A stretch of DNA of 63,363 bases from positions 1 through 63,363 of the forward strand of contig JAKCCH010000004.1 in NCBI GenBank assembly GCA_021838945.1, given 5' to 3'. A program made the position numbers and the translations under genes. This stretch comes from Actinomycetes bacterium. Its GTDB lineage: Bacteria; Actinomycetota; Acidimicrobiia; Acidimicrobiales; Bog-793. The notes beneath the pieces are model-generated. The model ran no database searches. It was not told where the DNA came from and was given only the letters and a program-made list of their open reading frames with translations. Shown piece after piece: positions 54,955-63,363 of the stretch; within the stretch, counting starts at the first letter, position 1; each line of letters starts with the position of its first letter.

Positions 54955-55509
54955 TCAGCGACTGCCGGTGAGCTTCGCGAGAGCCATGTCCAGTTGGAAC
55001 ACGTTCACGTAGGGCGCCCCGAGAAAGCCCCAATACGCGCCGACTGTGTGCCGTTCGACCAGCTTGCGCACGGTCGCGGGGGAGAGATGGTTCGCTGCTG
55101 CCACGGCGTTCACCTGCGCATACGCATCGGCGGGCGCGATGTCGGGATCGAGGCCCGAACCGGAGCCGGTGACGAGGTCGTTCGTGGGCGTGATGCCCTC
55201 GCGGCGAAGCAGTGCTGCCTGGCTCTTCGAGAACCGGAGCAGCAGCTTCGACTTCGGTCCGTAGTTCTGCGGTCCGGATGCCATCGGATTGTCCGGGTCA
55301 GGCCGACCCTGGAACCACTTCGGTCCGGTCCAGCGCTGGCCGAGCTCGCTCGATCCGAGCACGGCTGCGCCGCGAGTGACGAGCGAGCCGTTCGCCTGGG
55401 TCTTGAAGAAGAGTTGGGCGACGCCGGTCTCGAGGAGGGGATACCCGAGCCCGAGGACGACGAAGAGGACGACCGAGAGGACGACGGCGCGCCTCAGGTG
55501 AACGAGCAT
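54955..55509 (-). CDS. kdpC: K+-transporting ATPase subunit C
   Basis: Motifs YPL..TG.AQ, QANGSL, GS...GQ, FQGRP, DLVTGSGSGLDPDI, YVNV..L. TGATG coupling to kdpB. Confidence 0.93.
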   Translation of the reverse strand: MLVHLRRAVVLSVVLFVVLGLGYPLLETGVAQLFFKTQANGSLVTRGAAVLGSSELGQRWTGPKWFQGRPDPDNPMASGPQNYGPKSKLLLRFSKSQAALLRREGITPTNDLVTGSGSGLDPDIAPADAYAQVNAVAAANHLSPATVRKLVERHTVGAYWGFLGAPYVNVFQLDMALAKLTGSR

Positions 55510-57575
55510 CAGTACCACCCCACCGCGGTCAGGAAGAGGTCGATCAGCTTGATGAAGATGAACGGCACGACGATGCCGCCGAGCCCGTAGATGAAGACGT
55601 TGCGCCGCAGGATCTGGGCCGCGTTCATCGGCCGGAACTTGACACCTCTCAGTGCGAGGGGGATCAACGCGATGATCACGAGGGCGTTGAAGATCACCGC
55701 CGAGAGCACGGCGCTCGAGGGCGAGTGCAGCTTCATGATGTTCAGAGCGTTCAACTGGGGGTACTCCGCCGCGAACAGCGCCGGGATGATGGCGAAGTAC
55801 TTCGCCACGTCGTTCGCGATGGAAAAGGTCGTGAGGGCGCCGCGCGTGATGAGCAGCTGTTTGCCGATCTCGACGATCTCGAGGAGCTTGGTCGGGTTGG
55901 AGTCGAGGTCGACCATGTTGCCGGCCTCCTTCGCCGCCGTCGTGCCCGTGTTCATCGCCACCCCGACATCGGCCTGTGCGAGCGCCGGAGCATCGTTCGT
56001 GCCGTCGCCCGTCATGGCGACGAGCTTTCCTCCCCCCTGTTCGGACTTGATGAGCTCGAGCTTGTTCTCCGGGGTTGCCTCGGCGAGGAAGTCGTCGACG
56101 CCGGCCTCCTGCGCGATGGCGGCGGCGGTGAGGGGGTTGTCGCCGGTGATCATGACGGTACGGATGCCGAGCGTTCTCATCTCGGCGAACCGCTCCCGTA
56201 TGCCTTCTTTCACGACGTCCTTGAGCTCGATCACACCGAGCACGCTCGGACCGTCTGCCACCGCCAGAGGCGTGGAGCCCGAGCGGGAGATCCGCTCCAC
56301 GAGCGGGTCGAGGTCCGGCGGGACGTGACCGCCTTGCTCCTGCACCCACTTCTTCACCGAGTCGGCAGCGCCCTTTCGGATCTTGCGTCCGTCGTAGTCG
56401 ATGCCAGACATGCGGGTGACTGCGGTGAACGGGACGAAGTCGTGCTCGCCGAGCGCGCGCTCGCGGATGTTGAAGCGCTCCTTGGCCAGCACGACGACGG
56501 AACGTCCTTCGGGCGTTTCGTCGGCAAGGGAGGCGAGCTGAGCTGCTGCTGCAAGCTCTTCCTCGGTGCGGCCGCCGACCGGCAGGAACGCAGACGCCAT
56601 CCGGTTCCCGAGCGTGATCGTGCCTGTCTTGTCGAGCAGGAGCGTCTGGGTGTCGCCGGCTGCTTCGACCGCCCGCCCCGACATGGCGAGGACGTTCCTC
56701 TGCACGAGCCGGTCCATACCGGCGATCCCGATCGCAGAGAGGAGCGCGCCGATGGTGGTCGGGATGAGGCAGACGAGCAGCGAGATCAGGACGACGACCG
56801 ACACCGTCGCGCCGGAGTAGTGACCGAAGGGCTGCAGCGCGACGACGACCGGGAGGAAGATGAGCGTGAGCGCTGCGAGGAGGATCGTGAGTGCGACCTC
56901 GTTCGGAGTCTTCTGGCGGCTGGCGCCTTCGACCAAGCCGATCATGCGGTCCATGAACGTGTGGCCCCGCTCTGCGGTGATCCGGACGACGATCCGGTCG
57001 GACAGGACACGGGTGCCTCCCGTCACGGCGGACCGGTCGCCTCCCGACTCGCGGATCACCGGTGCGGACTCTCCGGTGATGGCCGACTCGTCGACCGAGG
57101 CGATGCCCTCGACGATCTCACCGTCGGACGGGATGAGGTCCGTCGTCTCGCACACGACGAGGTCGCCCTTCGCGAGCTGCGACGCGGGTACGCGCTGCTC
57201 GGTCCCGTTTGCGAGGAGGCGGCGCGCCTCGGTCTCCGAGCGCATCTGCCGCAACGTGTCTGCCTGCGCCTTGCCGCGACCTTCTGCCATGGCCTCCGCG
57301 AAGTTGGCGAAGAGGACCGTGAGGAACAGCCAAGCGGTGATCGACCAGTCGAACAAGGTCGGGTGGGAGATCGACTCGACCAGGGTGACGACTGTGCCGA
57401 CGAGCACGACGAACATGACGGGGTTCTTGACCTGGACGCGAGGGTCCAGTTTCTTGAGGGAGCCGATGGTCGCCTGTCCGAGGATCTCGCGATCGAGCAG
57501 GCTGCGCGCTTCCGCCACACCGTGTGGCCGGCGGCGGGGCGTCGAGCTCGCCCTCTCGGCGGTGGCGAGCGACAT
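55509..57575 (-). CDS. kdpB: K+-transporting P-type ATPase subunit B
   Basis: Motifs [52 protein letters not shown]. Confidence 0.98.
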   Translation of the reverse strand: MSLATAERASSTPRRRPHGVAEARSLLDREILGQATIGSLKKLDPRVQVKNPVMFVVLVGTVVTLVESISHPTLFDWSITAWLFLTVLFANFAEAMAEGRGKAQADTLRQMRSETEARRLLANGTEQRVPASQLAKGDLVVCETTDLIPSDGEIVEGIASVDESAITGESAPVIRESGGDRSAVTGGTRVLSDRIVVRITAERGHTFMDRMIGLVEGASRQKTPNEVALTILLAALTLIFLPVVVALQPFGHYSGATVSVVVLISLLVCLIPTTIGALLSAIGIAGMDRLVQRNVLAMSGRAVEAAGDTQTLLLDKTGTITLGNRMASAFLPVGGRTEEELAAAAQLASLADETPEGRSVVVLAKERFNIRERALGEHDFVPFTAVTRMSGIDYDGRKIRKGAADSVKKWVQEQGGHVPPDLDPLVERISRSGSTPLAVADGPSVLGVIELKDVVKEGIRERFAEMRTLGIRTVMITGDNPLTAAAIAQEAGVDDFLAEATPENKLELIKSEQGGGKLVAMTGDGTNDAPALAQADVGVAMNTGTTAAKEAGNMVDLDSNPTKLLEIVEIGKQLLITRGALTTFSIANDVAKYFAIIPALFAAEYPQLNALNIMKLHSPSSAVLSAVIFNALVIIALIPLALRGVKFRPMNAAQILRRNVFIYGLGGIVVPFIFIKLIDLFLTAVGWY

Positions 57576-59266
57576 CAGAAGAACCTCCCGTGGATGAGCT
57601 GTTCGACGATCGGCCCGAGCGAAACCGCCGGGAAGAACGTGAGAGCGCCGATGATGAGGATCACGCCGATCACGAGGCCGGTGAACATGGGCGTGTCGGT
57701 GCGGAACGTCCCGGCCGAGGCAGGGACCACCTCCTTCTTGGCCAGCGCGCCGGCGAGCGCGAGGGCGGGGATGATGATGGCGAAACGCCCGAGCAACATG
57801 TCGATGCCGCCGATGACGTTGTAGAAGGTGGTGTTGCCGTTGAGGCCGGCAAAGGCGGAGCCGTTGTTGTTCGACTGGGACGTGAGGGCGTAGAGGATCT
57901 CGGTGAAGCCATGAGGCCCGTGGTTGAGCGGGCCCGCCCGGCCCGCCGCGGTCGCCACTGCTATACCGACGCTGACGATGACGGTGAGCGGCATCACGAG
58001 CGAGCCCAGTGCCGCCAGCTTCACCTCGGTGGCTTGGATCTTCTTTCCGAGGTACTCCGGCGTTCGCCCGACCATGAGCCCGCCGAGGAAGACGGCGATG
58101 ATGGCATAGATGAGGATCGTGTAGAGGCCGCTGCCGACCCCGCCGGGCGTGACCTCTCCGAGCATCATGCCGGTGAGCAGCATCATGCCGCCGATGGGCG
58201 TGTAGGAGTCGTTCGAACCGTCGACGCTCCCGGTTGACGTCTGCGTGGACACGATGTCGTAGAGCGCGGACTGCGAGGCACCGAAGCGGACTTCCTTGCC
58301 CTCCATGTTGCCGTTCGGCTGGTGCTTGATCCCGGCTGCTGCGACAGCCGGGTTCGGCTGCATCTCAGCCCAGGTGGCAACCCCGACCCATGTACCGAAG
58401 AGGATGACCATCGCCATGAGGAGAGCGACCCCTTGGCGGATGCTGCCGACCATCTTGCCGAACGTGTAGGTCAGCGAGACCGGGATGACGAGGATGAGGA
58501 AGTACGAGAGGAAGTTCGTGAGGCCGGTCGGGTTCTCGAACGGGGAGGCACCGTTCGCGTTGAAGTAGCCACCGCCGTTCGTGCCGAGTTGCTTGATGAC
58601 CTCCTGGGAGGCGACCGGGCCGCGTGGGATGACACCTCTCGCCCCGTTCATGAGGTTGTGGTAGCTCACGGGTCCGGCAAGGGTCTGGACGGCGCCCTCT
58701 GCGACGAAGATCACCGCGAACACGAGCGCGATCGGAAGGAGGATGTAGTAGATGCCCCTGATCGTGTCCACCCAGAAGTTGCCGATGGTGCTCGAGCCCT
58801 TGCGGGCGAAGCCGCGCACGAGCGCGATGGCGACCGCGATGCCGACAGAGGCACTGACGAAATTCTGCACGGCGAGGGTGCCCATCTGCGACAGGTACGA
58901 CATCGTCGATTCACCGGAGTAGTTCTGCCAGTTCGTGTTCGATGTGAACGAGACAGCGGTGTTCCACGACAGCCACGGGCTGACGCCGCCGAGGTGCTGT
59001 GGGTTCCCCGGCAGGTGGCCCTGCAGGCGGATCATGCCGTACACGACGAGGATGGCGACGCCCGAGTAGACGACCATGGCGCCGGCGTACCGCTGCCAGG
59101 TCTGCTCGCGATCCGGGTCGACGCCGAGAAGGCGGTACGTCGGGCGCTCCAGCCAGGCGAGGAACTTGACGCGGCCCTCGTAGACGGCGGCCATGTACGA
59201 GCCGAGGAATCGCCAGCTGAGCCCCAGCGTGACGACCAGGAGGACGATGGACCAGAAGAAGCGCAT
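57575..59266 (-). CDS. kdpA: K+-transporting ATPase subunit A
   Basis: Motifs [56 protein letters not shown] 59266 overlaps the kdpF stop. Confidence 0.97.
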   Translation of the reverse strand: MRFFWSIVLLVVTLGLSWRFLGSYMAAVYEGRVKFLAWLERPTYRLLGVDPDREQTWQRYAGAMVVYSGVAILVVYGMIRLQGHLPGNPQHLGGVSPWLSWNTAVSFTSNTNWQNYSGESTMSYLSQMGTLAVQNFVSASVGIAVAIALVRGFARKGSSTIGNFWVDTIRGIYYILLPIALVFAVIFVAEGAVQTLAGPVSYHNLMNGARGVIPRGPVASQEVIKQLGTNGGGYFNANGASPFENPTGLTNFLSYFLILVIPVSLTYTFGKMVGSIRQGVALLMAMVILFGTWVGVATWAEMQPNPAVAAAGIKHQPNGNMEGKEVRFGASQSALYDIVSTQTSTGSVDGSNDSYTPIGGMMLLTGMMLGEVTPGGVGSGLYTILIYAIIAVFLGGLMVGRTPEYLGKKIQATEVKLAALGSLVMPLTVIVSVGIAVATAAGRAGPLNHGPHGFTEILYALTSQSNNNGSAFAGLNGNTTFYNVIGGIDMLLGRFAIIIPALALAGALAKKEVVPASAGTFRTDTPMFTGLVIGVILIIGALTFFPAVSLGPIVEQLIHGRFF

Positions 59267-59355
59267 CAGAACCACTCGGCCTTGAACATCGCCACGCCGA
59301 GGTAGGCGAACACGACGATCGAGAGCACCAGCAGGACCGCCTGCACCCAGGTCAT
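59266..59355 (-). CDS. kdpF: K+-transporting ATPase subunit F (29 aa, not in ORF track)
   Basis: Translates to MTWVQAVLLVLSIVVFAYLGVAMFKAEWF, with the KdpF-type YL..A...E.F end. TGATG overlap with kdpA. Confidence 0.88.
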   Translation of the reverse strand: MTWVQAVLLVLSIVVFAYLGVAMFKAEWF

Positions 59356-59435
59356 ACGCGCTCCAGCGCCTTGATCAGCCCCAGCATCACGACCACGAAC
59401 ACGATGGTGCTGAGGACTGCCAGGAAATCAGCCAT
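59352..59435 (-). CDS. 27-aa single-TM peptide upstream of kdpF (not in ORF track)
   Basis: Translates to MADFLAVLSTIVFVVVMLGLIKALERV. ATGA overlap with kdpF. -10 CACACT lies 6 nt upstream. Confidence 0.75.
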   Translation of the reverse strand: MADFLAVLSTIVFVVVMLGLIKALERV

Positions 59436-59441
59436 GAATCG

Positions 59442-59506
59442 AGTGTGTGCCCGAGCCGTGTGGCTGTGCCGTCAATACAGCAGCGCCGGCGTCAATTCCG
59501 CGTCAA
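59442..59506 (-). promoter_or_regulatory. kdp promoter with putative KdpE boxes
   Basis: Minus-strand TTGACGC-N4-TTGACGC (59500-59506, 59489-59495), a third TTGACGG (59469-59475), and -10 CACACT (59442-59447). Confidence 0.6.
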
Positions 59507-59528
59507 CGGCGGGGGAGGGGTGTGAGAC

Positions 59529-60749
59529 TCAGCCGCCGCTCTCCGCCTCGAGCAGCCTCATGGGCAGGTTCCGCCGCGCGATCACGTGCACGTCGACGTC
59601 GACGTCGGAGGCGAGGCGGATCACCTTCGAGACGATCGAGCCACGCGTCAGCTCCTCGAGCCGGCTGCGGCGGCTCGATCCCAGCACGATCTGGGTGATC
59701 TGGTTGGCGATGGCATAGTCCATCAGCGCTCTCGCAGCGTCGTCGCCCGCGAGCTCGCTCCAGTCGGCGTCGAGGTCCCGCGCCAAGGCCCGCAGCTCTT
59801 CGAGTCCGTGCTCGTCCCGCCTCGACTGCTCGCTCGAGGCCACGTGGACGACGTGGAGTTCGCCGCGGGCACGTGCCGCCAGCCGGGCGGCTCGCCGCAT
59901 CACGGCGGCCGTGCCCGCAGTGGCGTCCACGGCGACCATGATCCGCTCGTTGACGTCCCAGACGTCGTGGAGGTGGCGCGCACGGAGGCGTTCGAGCAGT
60001 GTCTCGTCGGTCTCATCCGCGACGAAGCGCAGAGCGAGCTCGCGGAGCGCCGTCAGGTTGTCGGTCCGGAAGAAGTGGGTGAGGGCGCTCTGAACCTTGT
60101 CCTGCGGGTAGATGTTGCCGTGTGCCATGCGGCGCCGCAGCTGCTCGGGTGAGGAGTCGATGAGCTCGAGCTGGGAGGCGGAGCGCACCACCCAGTCAGG
60201 CACCCGCTCCCTCACCTTCGTCCCGGTCATGCGCTCGACCACGTCGGCGATGGACTCGAGGTGCTGGACGTTCACGGTCGAGATGACCGCGATTCCGGAT
60301 TCGAGGATCTGGAGGACGTCCTGCCAGCGTTTCTCGTGGGGTCCGGACCCCGGGACGTTCGTGTGCGCCAGCTCGTCCACGAGGGCGACCGCAGGCCTGC
60401 GAGCGATGACGGCATCGGTGTCCATCTCTTCGAACGAGGTACCTCGGTACTCGACCCTCCTGCGCGGGATGACTTCGAGCCCTTCGGCCGCCCTGGCGGT
60501 GAACGGGCGGCTGTGGGGCTCGACGAAGCCGATCACGACGTCCGTGCCGCGCTCGAATCGCCGCTTTCCCTCGTCGAGCATCGCAACGGTCTTTCCGACG
60601 CCGGCAGCTGCACCGATGTAGATGCGGAACCGGCCGGTCGGTTCGACGCTCTCGGTCGCGTCCTCGTCGGGCGTGACCGCGCGGTGGGTGTCGTCTCGTG
60701 GCGTCACGGCGGGGGAGCAGCTCCTTCGTACCGATCCAGGGTCCATCAT
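59529..60749 (-). CDS. kdpD: KdpD N-terminal part (KdpD sensor domain plus Usp domain)
   Basis: Motifs GAAAGVGKT, DVVIG.VE.H.R, LVDELAHTN, KRWQD, TVNVQHLES, GNIY, L.ALRELAL, then a Usp domain. No TM or kinase. Start may be GTG 60707. Confidence 0.9.
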   Translation of the reverse strand: MMDPGSVRRSCSPAVTPRDDTHRAVTPDEDATESVEPTGRFRIYIGAAAGVGKTVAMLDEGKRRFERGTDVVIGFVEPHSRPFTARAAEGLEVIPRRRVEYRGTSFEEMDTDAVIARRPAVALVDELAHTNVPGSGPHEKRWQDVLQILESGIAVISTVNVQHLESIADVVERMTGTKVRERVPDWVVRSASQLELIDSSPEQLRRRMAHGNIYPQDKVQSALTHFFRTDNLTALRELALRFVADETDETLLERLRARHLHDVWDVNERIMVAVDATAGTAAVMRRAARLAARARGELHVVHVASSEQSRRDEHGLEELRALARDLDADWSELAGDDAARALMDYAIANQITQIVLGSSRRSRLEELTRGSIVSKVIRLASDVDVDVHVIARRNLPMRLLEAESGG

Positions 60750-60807
60750 GCCTGGCCGCCGACGCAGGCGGAGGACGAGCCTTCGCTCCGAGGTGCGGTG
60801 GCTCGTC

Positions 60808-60837
60808 TTGACAATAGTTGTCTAGTTACGCAATAAT
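60808..60837 (+). promoter_or_regulatory. Promoter of the ArsR gene with overlapping palindrome
   Basis: TTGACA-N18-AATAAT, 7 nt before ATG 60845. Palindrome GACAA-TAG-TTGTC at 60810-60822. Confidence 0.6.
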
Positions 60838-60844
60838 CGTGTGG

Positions 60845-61165
60845 ATGGCCGACTATGGGCAGATCGACGAATGTTTGCAGGTACTGGCCGACAGCACTCG
60901 TCGCGAGGTGGTGTCGCTCTTGTCGACCGGTGCGATGCGGGCGGGCGAGCTGGCACACGCTGCCGGCGTCACCGCGCCTTCGATGAGCCGGCACCTTCGG
61001 GTGATGCTCGCCGCCGGACTGGTCGACGACGAGCGGTCCGTGACCGACGCACGAGTCCGCTTGTTCTTTCTGCGGCGCGAGCCACTCGAGGTGGTGCGGG
61101 ACTGGCTCGGCGTTGTCATCGACGGAAGGTCGTGGACACCGGGGGAGGAGTCCGCCACGCGGTAG
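60845..61165 (+). CDS. ArsR/SmtB family transcriptional regulator
   Basis: LAD.TRR.VV.LL, AGELA, P.MSRHLRVM..AGLV. Confidence 0.88.
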   Translation: MADYGQIDECLQVLADSTRREVVSLLSTGAMRAGELAHAAGVTAPSMSRHLRVMLAAGLVDDERSVTDARVRLFFLRREPLEVVRDWLGVVIDGRSWTPGEESATR

Positions 61166-61175
61166 CCGCAGGCTT

Positions 61176-62399
61176 TCACGGATTGAAGAAGAGCCAGTTC
61201 TGCGGCGCGTACATGGCCATCGACAGGACCAGGCAGACGAGGGAAATGACGACCACCGGCGCGATCCATGCCCGTGACAGCCTCGATCCGAGCGCGAGCA
61301 CCCCGGGGAACATGGCGTACACGAGCCTCGGTGTGAGCCAGGTACCGGTGTCGAACAAGCTGATGAGGAAGACGGCGGCTGTGAAGACGAGCCACGTCCT
61401 CGGTGCGTTCGTCTTCCAGAGCGCTCGCATTCCGGCGAGGGAGATAAGCAGGCAGAGGATGGTGACGATGGCCGCCCAAGGATTCGTCCGGAGGGTCCAG
61501 AGGGTTCCCTGCGTCACGGAGATGCCGACACCCGAGTGCCAGATCGTGCGCTCGACGCGGAACCAGATGAGCGGCGTGCCGACATGAGCCCAGAGGTAGC
61601 CGTAGAAGCTTGCAGCGCCGAGAGCTGCCAGGGCGCCGGTGACGAGTGCCCTCCGTTGCTTCTCGACGAAGAAGAGCCAGGCGGAGACGGCGAGCAGTGG
61701 CGCCAGCGCCAGCGAGAAACTCGCCGTCGCGCCAAACGCCGTCAACCCGGCCGAGGCGTATCGGCGGCGTCCGAGCAGGAACAGCGTGGCGGCGACGAAT
61801 GCCAGACCGATCGGGTCTGCATAGACGAGACCGGACACGACCGACCCCGGGAACACGGCAAGGACGATCGCCGCCTGCACGGCACGGTCGTGGCCCCAGG
61901 CGTCGTTCGCGAGCAGCGCGCCGAGCACCACGAGAGCGGCGCCGCCGAGCCAGACGACGGCGATGTCGCTGTCGAGCCATGACAGACCGGTCACGAGATG
62001 CACGACGTGGCCCGTGAGCGGGAGTAGGGGGAAGAAAGCGTCCGGTCTCGCGGTGTAGAGATGCCGGCTCGTCGGATACCCGAAATGGGTGAGGACCGTG
62101 TAGAACTTCCCGTCCCAGGAACGCAACAGCAGCGATGGGCTCAAGTGATCGATCGCCGAGATGACGAACACGGCTGCGAGAAGGAGCACTCGTCCGAGAG
62201 CGAACAAGCTGAGCGACTGGCGGACGACGTCCCACGGGACGGCTCGTGGTTGCTCGGTCCTCGAGCCTGCGCGTCGCGTGAGCGACAGGTCACCTGGATC
62301 GAGCACGCCGGCCTCGGCTGCGGGTTCGGCCAAAGAGCTTCGCCTCACCACGGCACCATTGTGCAGCATCGAGCCTGAGGACCGGCCGGCCAGGCCCAC
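61176..62399 (-). CDS. GT-C mannosyltransferase-like (PIG-V family) membrane protein
   Basis: SWDG.FY...GY, AFFPLLP, FPGS, multiple TM helices, PRL...FP. The true start is probably downstream of 62399. Confidence 0.72.
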   Translation of the reverse strand: MGLAGRSSGSMLHNGAVVRRSSLAEPAAEAGVLDPGDLSLTRRAGSRTEQPRAVPWDVVRQSLSLFALGRVLLLAAVFVISAIDHLSPSLLLRSWDGKFYTVLTHFGYPTSRHLYTARPDAFFPLLPLTGHVVHLVTGLSWLDSDIAVVWLGGAALVVLGALLANDAWGHDRAVQAAIVLAVFPGSVVSGLVYADPIGLAFVAATLFLLGRRRYASAGLTAFGATASFSLALAPLLAVSAWLFFVEKQRRALVTGALAALGAASFYGYLWAHVGTPLIWFRVERTIWHSGVGISVTQGTLWTLRTNPWAAIVTILCLLISLAGMRALWKTNAPRTWLVFTAAVFLISLFDTGTWLTPRLVYAMFPGVLALGSRLSRAWIAPVVVISLVCLVLSMAMYAPQNWLFFNP

Positions 62400-62458
62400 C
62401 CGTGGCCGCGTTGCTGTCGCACTCAGGGCTGTTCGGCGTCGTGGCAGGCCCTTGTACT

Positions 62459-62486
62459 AACGCCGATAATGTCCGTTATGTAATAA
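62459..62486 (+). other. dif-like XerC/XerD recombination site
   Basis: AACGCCGATAA-TGTCCG-TTATGTAATAA (11-6-11 layout). Confidence 0.65.
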
Positions 62487-62582
62487 CATCTGCGATCGGG
62501 ACTCCGTCTGCTCCGGCGGCGTCGTCAGAGGCTTCTCACTCGCTCTCGTTCGGTGACCCTCGACGGTGCCACCATGTAGTCC

Positions 62583-63272
62583 ATGTGCACCGTCGTGGTG
62601 CGGTGGGATGCCGGCGCACCGGTGCAAGTGCTGGCCCTCCGTGACGAGCTGGTCGGCCGGGAGTTCGACGACCCTGGGAATTGGTGGCCCGATCAACCCG
62701 GTGTCGTGGGCGGACGGGATCGCTCGGCAGGTGGTACGTGGTGCGCAAGCGACCTCGAGTCGGGCAGATCAGCCCTGGTGCTCAACCGGCCAGAGCGGCG
62801 CCTCGCAGCTCCAGGCGCATCCAGTCGGGGGGTCCTCCCCTTGCTCGCCCTCGCGCATGGGCCGAGCTGGCAGACGGCGATGAAGCTGGACGGGATGGCC
62901 AGCTTCTCGTTGTTGCTCGCGACGCCGGGCAGCCTCACGTCATGGGACTTCGATGGTTCGACACTGACGCGGAGGAACCACCAGCCCGGAACCCTCATGT
63001 TCACGTCCGGCGGTGCCGAGGACGGCAAGGCCGACCGCTTCCTGTCCTCGTTCGAGTCGGCGGACTTCCCGGCCGGCTGGCACGCGATCCTCGAGGCGCT
63101 CTCCCCCACCGATGACCTGGCCTCGCTCGTCGTCAGGCACCAGCGCGACGGCCGTGTGTACGCCACGGTGTTCGGTCAGCTCTTCGAGCAGGAGCCGGGC
63201 CGACTGCACTTCGAGTACAGCCGCACACCATGGGGGAATGCGCCGTGGTCGGTGCGTGATCTGCCCGTCTAG
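62583..63272 (+). CDS. NRDE/TANGO2 family protein (Ntn-hydrolase-like)
   Basis: N-terminal MCT, LRDE...R, GGRD..AGGTW, LNR, SRG.LP. Confidence 0.85.
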   Translation: MCTVVVRWDAGAPVQVLALRDELVGREFDDPGNWWPDQPGVVGGRDRSAGGTWCASDLESGRSALVLNRPERRLAAPGASSRGVLPLLALAHGPSWQTAMKLDGMASFSLLLATPGSLTSWDFDGSTLTRRNHQPGTLMFTSGGAEDGKADRFLSSFESADFPAGWHAILEALSPTDDLASLVVRHQRDGRVYATVFGQLFEQEPGRLHFEYSRTPWGNAPWSVRDLPV

Positions 63273-63363
63273 CCGGTGCCCACATCACCCTGCAGGCTCG
63301 ACACGACGGCCGACCTCAACCGCCCGGGTCGCCCCTCGCCGGGCTCGTCACCCGCAAGATCGG

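Noticed and set aside
53304-60749. kdpD pseudogene or frameshift
   Set aside because: The two halves are about 4.6 kb apart, and each is intact with conserved motifs.

Overview
High-GC actinobacterial chromosome segment. The gene content (Pup-proteasome, GlgE pathway, DUF4193) and protein style suggest Acidimicrobiia, which is an inference. From left to right: (1) a minus-strand tkt-tal-pgi-gnd-pgl-glgE-treS/pep2-malQ-glgB carbon operon, converging on a probable glgX 3' end; (2) a fatty-acid desaturase divergent from a TetR/PaaI pair; (3) trmI, a ferredoxin, the Pup-proteasome locus (arc-dop-pup-prcB-prcA-pafA), tatB-tatC-helY and a tandem-domain thyX; (4) a structured non-coding region ahead of a very acidic DUF4193 protein; (5) assorted metabolic genes; (6) the most striking locus, an ECF sigma factor coupled to a predicted anti-sigma membrane protein whose extracellular part is a complete serpin, followed by a PAS-EAL phosphodiesterase and divergent from a secreted S1 serine protease, with an A11 tract between them; (7) an ApbE / ferric-reductase-like / small-protein flavinylation module next to an OmpR-type two-component system; (8) a kdp operon with a split KdpD and two tiny membrane peptides missing from the ORF track; (9) a dif-like XerCD site near the right end. 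I saw no tRNA, rRNA, CRISPR array, transposase or integrase. All calls rest on motif recognition by eye, and no database searches were run.
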